A DNA stretch of 44,975 nt. Source: a virus. The DNA is taken from UHGV virus genome UHGV-0285350; one strand, given 5' to 3'. Of the stretch, positions 24,776-34,495 are shown one piece after another. The notes beneath the pieces are model-generated. The model saw only the letters and a program-made list of their open reading frames with translations. It had not been told where the DNA came from and did no database searches. How positions within the stretch are numbered: the first letter of the stretch is position 1; each line of letters starts with the position of its first letter. The position numbers and the translations under genes are program-made.

Positions 24776-25304
24776 CATTTTTGATGAAGTCCTGGGCAAA
24801 GAAGGCGGTTACGTCAATCACCCGGATGATAAGGGCGGCCCGACCAAATGGGGCATTACGGAAAAAGTCGCCCGTGCCCACGGATACCGTGGCGATATGC
24901 GTGAGTTAACCCGCGAACAGGCGCTGGACATCCTTGAAGCCGATTACTGGTATGGCCCGCGATTTGACCAGGTAGCAGCGTTATCCCCTGATATTGCCGC
25001 AGAGCTGTGTGATACCGGTGTGAATATGGGGCCATCCGTGGCGTCCAGAATGCTCCAACGCTGGCTGAACGTTTTCAACCTGCGCGGCAGGCTGTACCCG
25101 GATATGGACGCAGACGGACGCATCGGACCTCGTACCATCAGCGCATTGCGCGCCTTCCTGAATAATCGCGGTCAGGACGGTGAACGGGTGATGTTGACAG
25201 CCCTGAACTGCACGCAGGGTAACCGCTATCTGGAGCTGGCAGAGAAACGCGAGGCTAACGAATCGTTTGTTTATGGCTGGCTGAAGGAGCGCGTGGTGGT
25301 ATGA
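24759..25304 (+). CDS. endolysin (GH108-type N-domain with EGGY motif plus peptidoglycan-binding C-domain)
   Basis: LGKEGGYVNHPDDKGGPTKWGIT matches the GH108 signature; C-terminal region resembles a PG-binding domain. Confidence 0.8.
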   Translation: MKSKDDIFDEVLGKEGGYVNHPDDKGGPTKWGITEKVARAHGYRGDMRELTREQALDILEADYWYGPRFDQVAALSPDIAAELCDTGVNMGPSVASRMLQRWLNVFNLRGRLYPDMDADGRIGPRTISALRAFLNNRGQDGERVMLTALNCTQGNRYLELAEKREANESFVYGWLKERVVV

Positions 25305-25483
25305 CGCGTCAGCGCTGGACCCACAGAACGCCACGTAAAGCCGCCCGCTGTGTTCTGGCCCTGTTTCTGGTGATGTTGCTTCCGGTGGGATGCACAGACA
25401 TTAACAGAGCAGGACAGCTGTTAGACGCGGCAGCGCAGGTCTGCCGGATTATTGACGGCATCCGGCAGTGTTCACAGAGCTGA
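25301..25483 (+). CDS. outer-membrane lipoprotein, o-spanin (Rz1)-like
   Basis: Basic N-terminus, hydrophobic core and lipobox LLPVGC; ATGA overlap with endolysin stop. Confidence 0.55.
   Translation: MTRQRWTHRTPRKAARCVLALFLVMLLPVGCTDINRAGQLLDAAAQVCRIIDGIRQCSQS
25424..25483 (+). repeat. 60-bp direct repeat, copy 1 (3' end of o-spanin-like gene)
   Basis: gacgcggcagcgcaggtctgccggattattgacggcatccggcagtgttcacagagctga; 56/60 identical to copy 2. Confidence 0.7.
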
Positions 25484-25515
25484 ACATCTGCCAGTTGTTT
25501 CACTAAGGAGAAGTT

Positions 25516-25704
25516 ATGGCATCACCAGTTATGAAATATTTCGCTTATGAACATCTTCCGGCTTCGTTACAGGAAGTGAGTAAACCGATTGGCGATCTGG
25601 CAAGAAAAATGGATGAGTCTCTGCCAGACGGGCCGGAAAAGTCAGTCGGGTTACGTAAATTGCTGGAAGCAAAAGATGCTTTAGTCCGGGCGAAACTGGG
25701 TTAA
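25516..25704 (+). CDS. hypothetical small protein (62 aa) located between the two 60-bp repeat copies
   Basis: ATG after AGGAGAAG; no motif recognised. Confidence 0.45.
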   Translation: MASPVMKYFAYEHLPASLQEVSKPIGDLARKMDESLPDGPEKSVGLRKLLEAKDALVRAKLG

Positions 25705-25730
25705 TGACTTAACAAGGCTACCAATTTTTT

Positions 25731-25790
25731 GACGCGGTAGCGCAGGTCTGCCGGATTATTGACGGTATCCGGCAGTGTTCGCAGAACTGA
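25731..25790 (+). repeat. 60-bp direct repeat, copy 2
   Basis: gacgcggtagcgcaggtctgccggattattgacggtatccggcagtgttcgcagaactga; contains internal hairpin ctgccggat...atccggcag. Confidence 0.7.
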
Positions 25791-25810
25791 TTTTTTGAAG
25801 GTCTGACACA

Positions 25811-26017
25811 GTGAGCATTATCAGATTTACAGAATACAGAGGTTCAGGAGGTGCTGGCGCTGTCATGGTGCTCGCTGAACGCATCACCCATTTTTACCGT
25901 CAGTACGGTACACATGATGGCACGGTCATTGAACTGGATACCGGGAAAAACGTGTTCGTTCTTGAAAATCCCGACGAAGTTCAGCGCAGGATTGAACAGG
26001 CTCAGAAGGACACTTAA
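25811..26017 (+). CDS. hypothetical protein
   Basis: GTG start; stop overlaps next ATG (TAATG). Confidence 0.45.
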   Translation: MSIIRFTEYRGSGGAGAVMVLAERITHFYRQYGTHDGTVIELDTGKNVFVLENPDEVQRRIEQAQKDT

Positions 26018-26517
26018 TGGCGTGGTCACAGGATATCAGGGACAAAGTCCGTAACGGGTACATCTTTGACCAGCTTCCGCTGGATATCGTCGCCATGAAG
26101 TACGCCGTACCGCACGATACCGCGCGGCGCTGGAAAACGCAGGCAATGAAGAACGGCGACGACTGGGACAAGCTGCGGGCCGCGCACGCGCTCGCCGGTG
26201 ACGGGCTGGAAAGTGTCGCCCGCACCGTGCTTATCAGTCTGGTGGTGAAGTGTCAGACGACGCTTGAGCGGCTGAACCAGAACCCGGACATCCCGCCGCA
26301 GGAGTCCGTCGAACTGCTGGCGAGTCTGTCTGACAGTCTCAGTAAGGCGGTGGCCAGCAGTAAAAAAATCCTGCCGGAAACCGACCGGCTCGCCACGGCA
26401 CTGGAAGTGGTGCAGCGGCTCGGCGCGTTCATCAAGGAGCGTCACCCGGCACAGTATGCCCCGTTTCTTGAGGTGCTCGAAGGCTTCGCTAAAGAGCTTG
26501 AGGATAATTTCAGTTAA
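26017..26517 (+). CDS. terminase small subunit-like protein (Mu gp27 position)
   Basis: Immediately upstream of terminase large subunit; N-terminal HTH-like region; positional plus weak motif evidence. Confidence 0.55.
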   Translation: MAWSQDIRDKVRNGYIFDQLPLDIVAMKYAVPHDTARRWKTQAMKNGDDWDKLRAAHALAGDGLESVARTVLISLVVKCQTTLERLNQNPDIPPQESVELLASLSDSLSKAVASSKKILPETDRLATALEVVQRLGAFIKERHPAQYAPFLEVLEGFAKELEDNFS

Positions 26518-26551
26518 CCACAGCGGCCCGGTTTTCCGGGCCGTCTGATAT

Positions 26552-28210
26552 TTGTATACCAGGTGTGACGTGGCAAAACGTAAACTTTCCATTAAAGAGT
26601 TTCAGAGAAGCTTACAGGAATACATCGCCAACCTCCGCCAGACCATCGAGGCTGAATGTCTGGGGTTCGATGTTAACCCGCAGGCCACACAGGCCCGTCG
26701 GGCGGCAGTCTGCGACCCGGTGACGGGCTACGATTATTTTGTCGAAAACTATTTCCCGCATTACGTCCGCAACCCGGCAAAAAGCGAGCTGCATAAATAC
26801 CTGTTCAGCCGTCTGCCACAGGTTGTGGCAAGCCCTGACCCGGAGAACGACGCCATCGCCGCGCCCCGTGGTGAAGCAAAATCCACGCTGGTGACGCAGC
26901 TGTTTACCCTGTGGGCCATTATCCGGGCCATTAAGCATTACCCGGTCATCATTATGGACAGTATCGACCAGGCTTATCCGATGCTGGAAGCCATCAAGGC
27001 TGAACTGGAATTTAACCCCCGTTTAAAAAACGATTTCCCGGAAGTGTGCGGGCAGGGTCGCGTCTGGCGTATGGGGACCATCGTCACGGCCAACAATATC
27101 AAGGTGACCGTTGCCGGTAGTGGTAAAAAACTGCGTGGTCTGCGCCACGGCCCGTACCGTCCTGACCTGGTTATCCTCGACGACATCGAGAATGACGAGA
27201 TGGTGCGTAACCCGGAGCAGCGCGACAAGCTGCACGACTGGCTCACTAAAACCGTGATGCCGCTGGGTGAGGCTGGCGGTAAAACCGATATTATTTATAT
27301 CGGGACCATCCTGCATTACGACTCCGTGCTGTCGCGCACGCTGAATAACCCGATGTGGAAAACAGCCCGCTTTAAGGCTGTTATTCAGTGGCCTGCCAAC
27401 ATGAAGCTGTGGGACGAGTGGGAAGAACTCATCCGCAACAAACAGCCGGAAGCGGCGGAGGCACTTTACCGGCAGAACGAAGCCGAGATGCTCGCCGGGT
27501 CAGTGGTGTCATGGGCGGCGCGCCCCCTGCTGGCACTGATGAAAATCCGTGTCCGTGACGGTCATGACACCTTTGATTCTGAATACCAGAACGACCCGGT
27601 CAGCGGTGAAGACGCGCTGTTTGCGGGCTGCATTAAGTTCTGGGTTAACCGTCTTGATGAATGGGTGTTTTATGGTGCGGTTGACCCCAGTCTCGGGAAG
27701 AAAAACAAAAACCGTGACCCGTCGGCCATTCTCGTGGGGGGCTTTAACCGCTTTACCGGCATTCTGGATGTGGTTGAAGCCGATATCCGCCGACGTCTGC
27801 CAAACAAACTTATCGAAGACGTGATTAAGTATCAGCGGGAATATCACTGCCTGTGCTGGTCGTTTGAGTCCGTCCAGTTTCAGGAGTTTCTGCGTACCGT
27901 GCTGGTTGAGCGTTCGGCAGCGCTGGGCGTGCCGGTTCCGGCGCTGCCGGTCATCCCGCTGGAGGATAAGGCACTGCGTATCGAATCCCTTCAGCCGCAT
28001 ATGGCCAACGGCCTGATTCGTATCAGCCACACACATCAGACGCTGATTGACCAGCTGCGCCACTACCCCAAAGCTGACCACGATGATGGCCCGGACTGTC
28101 TGCACATGCTGTGGACGCTGGCGGTTTCGCGTAGCGCAAAATTTCAGATACACACCCCACGCAGCAGCGGGCGTGACCGTGGCGGGCGTTTTGGTTCAGG
28201 AGGATGGTAA
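26552..28210 (+). CDS. terminase large subunit
   Basis: ATPase motifs APRGEAKST (Walker A-like) and VILDD (Walker B) with C-terminal nuclease-like region; 552 aa; start codon uncertain (TTG 26552 or GTG about 26567). Confidence 0.85.
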   Translation: MYTRCDVAKRKLSIKEFQRSLQEYIANLRQTIEAECLGFDVNPQATQARRAAVCDPVTGYDYFVENYFPHYVRNPAKSELHKYLFSRLPQVVASPDPENDAIAAPRGEAKSTLVTQLFTLWAIIRAIKHYPVIIMDSIDQAYPMLEAIKAELEFNPRLKNDFPEVCGQGRVWRMGTIVTANNIKVTVAGSGKKLRGLRHGPYRPDLVILDDIENDEMVRNPEQRDKLHDWLTKTVMPLGEAGGKTDIIYIGTILHYDSVLSRTLNNPMWKTARFKAVIQWPANMKLWDEWEELIRNKQPEAAEALYRQNEAEMLAGSVVSWAARPLLALMKIRVRDGHDTFDSEYQNDPVSGEDALFAGCIKFWVNRLDEWVFYGAVDPSLGKKNKNRDPSAILVGGFNRFTGILDVVEADIRRRLPNKLIEDVIKYQREYHCLCWSFESVQFQEFLRTVLVERSAALGVPVPALPVIPLEDKALRIESLQPHMANGLIRISHTHQTLIDQLRHYPKADHDDGPDCLHMLWTLAVSRSAKFQIHTPRSSGRDRGGRFGSGGW

Positions 28211-28213
28211 TTA

Positions 28214-29809
28214 ATGGCACAGCTTGTTGATATTTACGGACGCCCGCTGAAACGTGAGGCACTCAAAACCACGCAGTCGGTCAGAGTGGCGGAACGGCTG
28301 CGCATTTATCCAGACCACCCGTCGCGTGGTCTGAACATCAGAAAACTGCCGCGCATTCTGGAAGCCGCCGAACGCGGTTATCTTCCGGCGCAGGCGATGC
28401 TGTTTGCGGATATGGAAGAACGTGATGGCCATCTGTTCGCCGAGATGGAAAAGCGCAAAAAAGCATTGCTGACGCTGGACTGGTCGGTGGAGCCGCCCCG
28501 CAATGCCTCGAAGGCAGAAAAGGAGCTGGCCGCCGCCGTGGATGAATGGCTGCACGGTATCCCGGACATGGAGGACATCATCCTCAACGGGATGAGCAGT
28601 GTCGGTTACGGTTTCAGCTGTCAGGAAATCAGCTGGGCGTTCGTGGATAAAACGTGGTTACCGGATGCGGTGACGCTGCGCCCGCATAACTGGTTCATTA
28701 CCCTGCCGGAACACAATGACGAACTCCGCCTGGATGACGGCGGTCGCGGGGAAGATGGTAAAGACGGTTCCGCACTGTGGCCGTTCGGCTGGCTGGTTCA
28801 TCGTTACAACGCCCGGTCGGGGTTTCTGGGTTCATCCGGCCTGTTCCGCGTACTGGTCTGGCCGTATCTGTTTAAAAACTTTGCGCTGCGTGATATGGCG
28901 GAATTTCTGGAGATTTACGGCCTTCCGGCGCGCATTGCCTACTATGCACAGGGCACCAGTGACGAGGACCGGGACAACATTCTCGAAGCCCTGGTTAATC
29001 TGGGCCATGAAGCGGTGGCAGCCCTGCCGCAGGGTAACGAAATCGAGTTCAAGGAAGCCGCGTCCGGCGGGCCGGAGGCGTTCATGTCGATGGTGGAATG
29101 GGCGGAGCGTACCACCTCAAAAGTGATTCTGGGCAGTACGCTGACCAGCCAGGCCGACGGTAAAACCTCCACCAACGCACTGGGTAATGTCCATAACGAG
29201 GTCCGGCACGACATTCTGACCGCTGATGCACGCCAGCTGTCCGGCATGTTCAGCAGTCTGATACAGATGATGGCCAGTCTCAACGGCTGGCAGGATATCC
29301 CGCCACGCCGTCTGCCGCGTCTGGTGTTTGATGTGCAGCAGGAAGCCGACATTAAGGGGGTGGCGGAAGCCGTCAGTGTGCTGGTCAACAATGTGGGGAT
29401 GAAGGATATCCCGGTGTCGTGGGTGCGCAAAAAAACCGGTATCCCCACCCCGAAAGACGGCGAAGAGGTACTGGTTCCGGTGGCACAGCGTCTCCCTGTG
29501 CAGGCCGGTCTCAGCCAGCTGCGTGAGCGGATGAATGTTGCCGCACTCAGTCAGCAGGACAACGGGGAGGACGACCCGGCACAGCGTGCCATCGACCGGG
29601 CAGAGCTTCCGGCAGGGGCCATCGCGCAGGGGATGAACGAACTGGTGGCCCCACTGGTGCAGGCCATACAGGAAGGCCGGGATGCGGACGAGGCCATGAA
29701 CGTACTGGCGGAAGCGTGGCCGGAGCTGCCGGATGACACGCTGCGGCAGTTGCTGACACAGGCATTCTTTGTGGCTGATATCTGGGGGCGACTGAATGCC
29801 GACAGCTGA
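28214..29809 (+). CDS. portal protein (Mu gp29/H-like)
   Basis: 531 aa directly after the large terminase; N-terminal MAQLVDIYGRPLKREALKTTQ... resembles Mu-type portal family. Confidence 0.8.
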   Translation: MAQLVDIYGRPLKREALKTTQSVRVAERLRIYPDHPSRGLNIRKLPRILEAAERGYLPAQAMLFADMEERDGHLFAEMEKRKKALLTLDWSVEPPRNASKAEKELAAAVDEWLHGIPDMEDIILNGMSSVGYGFSCQEISWAFVDKTWLPDAVTLRPHNWFITLPEHNDELRLDDGGRGEDGKDGSALWPFGWLVHRYNARSGFLGSSGLFRVLVWPYLFKNFALRDMAEFLEIYGLPARIAYYAQGTSDEDRDNILEALVNLGHEAVAALPQGNEIEFKEAASGGPEAFMSMVEWAERTTSKVILGSTLTSQADGKTSTNALGNVHNEVRHDILTADARQLSGMFSSLIQMMASLNGWQDIPPRRLPRLVFDVQQEADIKGVAEAVSVLVNNVGMKDIPVSWVRKKTGIPTPKDGEEVLVPVAQRLPVQAGLSQLRERMNVAALSQQDNGEDDPAQRAIDRAELPAGAIAQGMNELVAPLVQAIQEGRDADEAMNVLAEAWPELPDDTLRQLLTQAFFVADIWGRLNADS

Positions 29810-30962
29810 CGATGTTGACCTGGGTTATGCGTACACACTGAAACCGGAAGAAGCGATTAAGTATTTCGAAAGCAAGGGATACGTTATCGGCTTCCGCTGG
29901 CACGATGTGAAGGACATAGCACACGCCCGGGCGTTCACGGTGGCGGGCGTGCTGAAACTGGATGTTCTGAAGGATATCCGTGATGGCCTGACGGCGGCAA
30001 TGACTGACGGCGGGACATTCCGGGAGTTTGCTGCACAACTGGAACCACTGCTGGAATCAAAAGGCTGGCTGGGTAAAAAGCTGATTGTGGACGAGGACAC
30101 CGGCGAACTGCACGGCAGACAGCTGACGCCGCGCCGGTTGCGCACGATATTTGATACCAATATTCAGTCGTCCTACAACGCCGGGCGTTATCAGCAGCAG
30201 ATGGCGAACGTGGCTGACCGGCCTTATTTTGAGCGCGTGGCGGTGATGGACCTTCACACTCGCCCGAAACATGCCGCCCTGAACGGCTTTACCGCCCGGG
30301 CGGATGACCCGGTCTGGGAGTATTTCTACGCGCCGGACGGATACGGATGCCGCTGCCGTATCCGGGCGCGTTCGGCATCGGATGTGGAGAAATATGGCCT
30401 GACGGTGCAGAGCAGCGAGGGGCGACTGGTTGAGGTTGAGCAGGAATATGGCCAGCCGGGCCAGACCATCAGAACAATGGGGCTGAAGATGCCGGACGGC
30501 TCCGTGTATACCGCCGACCCGGGCTTCGGATTTAATCCCGGTCGGGTGGCATGGCAGCCGGAACTGGAAAAATACGATTACCGCAGCGCCCGCCAGTATG
30601 TCACCGGCACCCTGACCGGGCCGGATTTTGCCCGGGGACTGGCGAACGTCAGTGAGCTGGATGCGCGCCAGCGGTATCCGCTGGCCATCCGTTCACCGGA
30701 ACAGGTCGCCGCCACGAGGGCCGCACGGCAGACGGTAAACCTTACAGCTGACGTTATGAAGCGCCTCAGTGCAACAGACACGCCCCCGACCACCGCCGAC
30801 TATGTGCTGATGCAGCAGACCATCGAACGGGCGGAGCATGTCACGCAGGACGGTAACGCGTGGCGGTATGCGTTACAGTCAGGCGACCGCTGGTCGGTGG
30901 TGACGGTTGAGGATGACGTGCTGACAGACTGGGTTATGCAGGACACACCGGAGGCATCATGA
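29796..30962 (+). CDS. head morphogenesis protein (Mu F-like)
   Basis: Position after portal and family-like N-terminus (LKPEEAIKYFESKGYVIGFRWHDV). Confidence 0.75.
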   Translation: MPTADDVDLGYAYTLKPEEAIKYFESKGYVIGFRWHDVKDIAHARAFTVAGVLKLDVLKDIRDGLTAAMTDGGTFREFAAQLEPLLESKGWLGKKLIVDEDTGELHGRQLTPRRLRTIFDTNIQSSYNAGRYQQQMANVADRPYFERVAVMDLHTRPKHAALNGFTARADDPVWEYFYAPDGYGCRCRIRARSASDVEKYGLTVQSSEGRLVEVEQEYGQPGQTIRTMGLKMPDGSVYTADPGFGFNPGRVAWQPELEKYDYRSARQYVTGTLTGPDFARGLANVSELDARQRYPLAIRSPEQVAATRAARQTVNLTADVMKRLSATDTPPTTADYVLMQQTIERAEHVTQDGNAWRYALQSGDRWSVVTVEDDVLTDWVMQDTPEAS

Positions 30963-31510
30963 GCAGCGGTAAACTGGATATTAAGATTGATTTAAGCGCG
31001 TATAACACCACGCTGGGGAAACTGATTCGTTCCGTGAAGGACCGGCGCGACCTGATGACGGCACTTGCAGGCTCCATGCTGGATGCGGTTGAGACTAACT
31101 TTGAACAACAGGGTCGCCCGAAATGGATGGGCTGGAGTCCGGCTTATGCGAAGCGACGCGGCCCCGGGCAAATCCTTCAGAAGTCCGGGCGACTGGCTGC
31201 CAGTATCCGCTCTGCGGTTAACAATAACGAGGCCACGGTCGGGACAAACGTCCGTTATGCCCGTATCCACAACGAAGGCGGCGAAATCCGCCATCAGGCA
31301 CGGACGCAGAACCTGTATTTTAAACAGTACAAAAACGGCAGCGTCAGCAGCCGTTTTGTGAAAAAGCGCAACAGTAATTTTGTGCAGAGTGCAACGGTCG
31401 GAGCGTATACGGTCAACATGCCCGCGCGCCCCTTCCTTCAGCTTGTGCAGGATGACATCGACGAGCTGGAGAACACCGCAAACCGCTATTTTGCGCGTGT
31501 GATTGACTGA
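30959..31510 (+). CDS. virion morphogenesis protein (Mu G-like)
   Basis: 183 aa, position and pattern consistent with Mu G family. Confidence 0.7.
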   Translation: MSSGKLDIKIDLSAYNTTLGKLIRSVKDRRDLMTALAGSMLDAVETNFEQQGRPKWMGWSPAYAKRRGPGQILQKSGRLAASIRSAVNNNEATVGTNVRYARIHNEGGEIRHQARTQNLYFKQYKNGSVSSRFVKKRNSNFVQSATVGAYTVNMPARPFLQLVQDDIDELENTANRYFARVID

Positions 31511-31708
31511 ATGGCCAGAAACGCGCTGTAATCGTCTGTGACAACATAAACGCCTCACGGATGAGGTATTAGCACCGCACCCCGTAAATGTCGTCAGAAT
31601 CGTTTTTAAAAGGGTTTTAAAAACGGTTTTATTTCCCATTTTATCCTTTCGCGTTATGGCAGGGTGCTGAACACCCTCCACAGTACCCCGTGTTCCCCTT
31701 CCGTCATC

Positions 31709-32833
31709 ATGCCGCGTATGAAGATGAACATTGCGGCGTTAAGCCTCGAAATTACTAAAGCAACCCACAGCGAAATCCAGCTGTTTCCGGCAGGCGAGTT
31801 CAGTGCGGTGGATGGTCGCCCACATACCGATGAAGTCGAAAGCGGTAAATGGGTGCTGACTGCCGAACTGGCCGCGCAGCTTGTCGCACAGGTGGCAGCC
31901 CGTACCACGCCTTTTGTCATTGATTACGAACATCAGACGCTGCGCGCCGTAAACAACGGCAAGCCCGCCCCGGCGGCGGGCTGGTTCAGCCAGGTGGAAT
32001 GGCGAGAAGGTGCGGGCCTGTATGCCACCGGTGTGGAGTGGACGGATAACGCGGCGGCCATGATTGCCGCCGGTGAGTACAAATTTATTTCCCCTGTTTT
32101 TGCCTACAACAAGCGCGGCGAAGTGCTGGAGCTGTTACATGCTGCGCTGACCAATACCCCTGCGCTCGACGGTATGGACGCGGTCATGCTGGCTGCGGCC
32201 AGCCGTCTGGCGAGTCTGTCAACTGAAACGGAGACCACAACGGTGGATGAAGAACTGTTAAACGATTTGCTGTCCAGTCTGCGCTGGATGCTTAACCTTC
32301 CGGTTACCTCAACGGCGGAAGATATTAAAAGTGAGCTGCAAAAGGTCGTTGACATGATTTCGAACGGTCAGGGAACGGCGGCGGCATCCGTCAGCCTGCT
32401 GGCCCTGCTGAATCAGAAAGACGAGCAAATCGCCAGCCTGTCAGCAAATGCCTATGACCCGACGAAGCATATCCCTCTGACGGCATATGAAGAACTTCAG
32501 GGACGTTATGCCGTACTGGCGCAACAGTCCGGTGAAGCCGAAGCCGGGGCACTGATTCAGGCGGCGCTGTCTGACGGGCGACTGCTTCCGGCACAGGAAG
32601 GCTGGGCGAAAGATTACGCCAGCCGCGATATCAACGGCTTTAAGTCCTGGCTGGATAACGCACCAAAACTTGTTGCGCTCAGTCAGACCCAGACCGGCGG
32701 CAAACCACCCAAAACGCCGTCACCGGCCCCGGCGCAGATTAAAACCGGCGATGACGTCGATGTCGATATCGCCATTTGTTCAATGATGGGCGTCGATCCA
32801 GAGGATGTCGCCCGTTACGCAGGAGATGAGTAA
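31709..32833 (+). CDS. head maturation protease / scaffold (Mu I-like)
   Basis: Position before major head gene; N-terminal region ...ITKATHSEIQLFPAGEFSAVDGRPH...; start could be ATG 31709, 31718 or 31724. Confidence 0.7.
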   Translation: MPRMKMNIAALSLEITKATHSEIQLFPAGEFSAVDGRPHTDEVESGKWVLTAELAAQLVAQVAARTTPFVIDYEHQTLRAVNNGKPAPAAGWFSQVEWREGAGLYATGVEWTDNAAAMIAAGEYKFISPVFAYNKRGEVLELLHAALTNTPALDGMDAVMLAAASRLASLSTETETTTVDEELLNDLLSSLRWMLNLPVTSTAEDIKSELQKVVDMISNGQGTAAASVSLLALLNQKDEQIASLSANAYDPTKHIPLTAYEELQGRYAVLAQQSGEAEAGALIQAALSDGRLLPAQEGWAKDYASRDINGFKSWLDNAPKLVALSQTQTGGKPPKTPSPAPAQIKTGDDVDVDIAICSMMGVDPEDVARYAGDE

Positions 32834-33229
32834 ATGGATCGCAATACCCCCTATCGTGACGGCGAACTGAACCCGGTGCCGGTTGCCGCTGCGACCGAAA
32901 TTTTTGGTGGTCATATGGTGGCCGTTAACGCATCCGGTTATGCCGTTCCGGCCAGTGCCACGGCCTCACAGATTACGCTGGGCGTGTCTGATGGCTGGGT
33001 GGATAACAGCAAGGGCAGCGATGGCGACGCCACCGTTCTGGTGCGTTGCGGCAAAGATTTTCTGATGGTGAACAGCACCTCAGACCCGGTCACACAATCG
33101 CAGGTCGGCAAGCTGTGCTACGTGGAAGACAGCGTAACCGTGGCAAAAACCGACAACAGCAGCGCCCGTCCTGTCGCCGGGAAAGTGATCGGCATCTGTG
33201 GCGATGGCGTCTGGGTTCATTTCAGTTAA
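32834..33229 (+). CDS. small head-associated protein (DUF2190-like, Mu Z position)
   Basis: 131 aa between protease/scaffold and major head genes. Confidence 0.5.
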   Translation: MDRNTPYRDGELNPVPVAAATEIFGGHMVAVNASGYAVPASATASQITLGVSDGWVDNSKGSDGDATVLVRCGKDFLMVNSTSDPVTQSQVGKLCYVEDSVTVAKTDNSSARPVAGKVIGICGDGVWVHFS

Positions 33230-33239
33230 GGAGCGAAAC

Positions 33240-34148
33240 GTGTTAGTCAACGTTAAAAACGTCAAACAGATTTTTATCAATCTGAAGGCCACCTTCCAGA
33301 AAGCCTTCGACCAGTCGCCAACTGACTGGCAGAAGGTGGCAATGGAAGTGCCATCAAACGGCAAGGAAAACGACTACAGCTGGTTAAATCGTTTCCCGAA
33401 AATGCGCGAGTGGATTGGTGACAAGGTCGTTAAATCACTGGCGGCATTTAACTACACCATCCGTAACAAGGACTGGGAAGCCACGGTTGAAGTCGATCGT
33501 AACGACATCGAGGACGACCAGATTATGGGCTATGCCCTTCAGGCAAAAGGAGCCGGACAGTCGGCAGCAGAGCTACCGGCAGATATTGTGGCGTCCCTTA
33601 TCAGTAACGGTTTTACCAATCCCTGTTACGACGGCCAGCCGTTCTTTGATACCGACCACCTGGTCGCCGGTAAATCGGTATCCAACAAAGGCACCAAAAA
33701 ACTCAAAGTTGGCTCGCTTGCCGAAGCGAAAGCCTCCTACGGTGCCGCCAGAACTGCCATGCGTAGTCTGAAAGATGACGAAGGCGCATCCCTCAAAATT
33801 CGCCCGAATCTGCTGGTTGTGCCACCGGCGCTGGAGGATGACGCGAACTACCTGATGACCGCCGAGAAGTTCCCGGACGGTACGCCGAACCCGTACCGCA
33901 ATACCGCCGACGTGCTGGTGATGCCGGAGCTGGCGTCGGATTCTGCGTGGTTCCTGTTTGACACCACCAAACCGGTGAAACCGCTGATTTATCAGCTGCG
34001 TAAAAAGCCTGTTTTTGTGGAGCAGACGGACTACAACAGCGACAACGTGTTCAAGCGTAAGAAGTTCCTGTTTGGTGCCGAAGCGCGCTGTAACGGTGGT
34101 TACGGCTTCTGGCAGATGGCGTTTGGCTCTGACGGTACGGAGGAATAA
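33240..34148 (+). CDS. major head subunit (Mu T-like)
   Basis: GTG start 6 nt after AAGGAG; about 303 aa; position and family pattern of Mu major head protein. Confidence 0.8.
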   Translation: MLVNVKNVKQIFINLKATFQKAFDQSPTDWQKVAMEVPSNGKENDYSWLNRFPKMREWIGDKVVKSLAAFNYTIRNKDWEATVEVDRNDIEDDQIMGYALQAKGAGQSAAELPADIVASLISNGFTNPCYDGQPFFDTDHLVAGKSVSNKGTKKLKVGSLAEAKASYGAARTAMRSLKDDEGASLKIRPNLLVVPPALEDDANYLMTAEKFPDGTPNPYRNTADVLVMPELASDSAWFLFDTTKPVKPLIYQLRKKPVFVEQTDYNSDNVFKRKKFLFGAEARCNGGYGFWQMAFGSDGTEE

Positions 34149-34150
34149 GG

Positions 34151-34492
34151 ATGACAAAAGTGATTGAGATTACCGCCCGCCGTGAGGGGTTTCGCCGCTG
34201 CGGTGTGGCACACAGTGCAACCACGAAGGCATGGCCTGCGGATGCGTTCACACCAGAACAACTGGCGGTGCTGAAGGCTGACCCCATGCTGATTGTGGTG
34301 GAACGTGATAAAGCGTCCGGCCAGAACGACGCGGCCCGGGGTGATGAGCTGGCCGCACAGCTGGATGCCGAACGCCAGAAAGTCAGCGAACTGACGGCGC
34401 AGCTGGAAGAAGAACGCCAGAAAGTCAGTGAACTGACCGCACAGCTGAACGCCGCACAGAAAACACAAAAAGCGGACAAAAAGGAGAAGTAA
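34151..34492 (+). CDS. hypothetical head-region protein with tandem coiled-coil repeat
   Basis: Internal duplication AQLDAERQKVSELTAQLEEERQKVSELTAQL. Confidence 0.5.
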   Translation: MTKVIEITARREGFRRCGVAHSATTKAWPADAFTPEQLAVLKADPMLIVVERDKASGQNDAARGDELAAQLDAERQKVSELTAQLEEERQKVSELTAQLNAAQKTQKADKKEK

Positions 34493-34495
34493 CCC

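Noticed and set aside
25424-25790. The 60-bp direct repeats as attL/attR of an inserted element
   Set aside because: The repeats are only about 250 bp apart and bracket a single small gene with no recombinase; a local duplication is more likely than an att pair.
26518-26551. GC-rich hairpin (ggcccgg-tttt-ccgggcc) between small and large terminase genes as a terminator
   Set aside because: Not followed by a proper U-run and lies within an obviously co-transcribed operon; more likely an RNA structural element of unknown importance.
26026-28153. Long minus-strand ORFs (26026..26592, 27509..28153) overlapping the terminase genes
   Set aside because: They are antisense to well-supported plus-strand genes in GC-rich coding DNA and have no motifs or start context; typical shadow ORFs.
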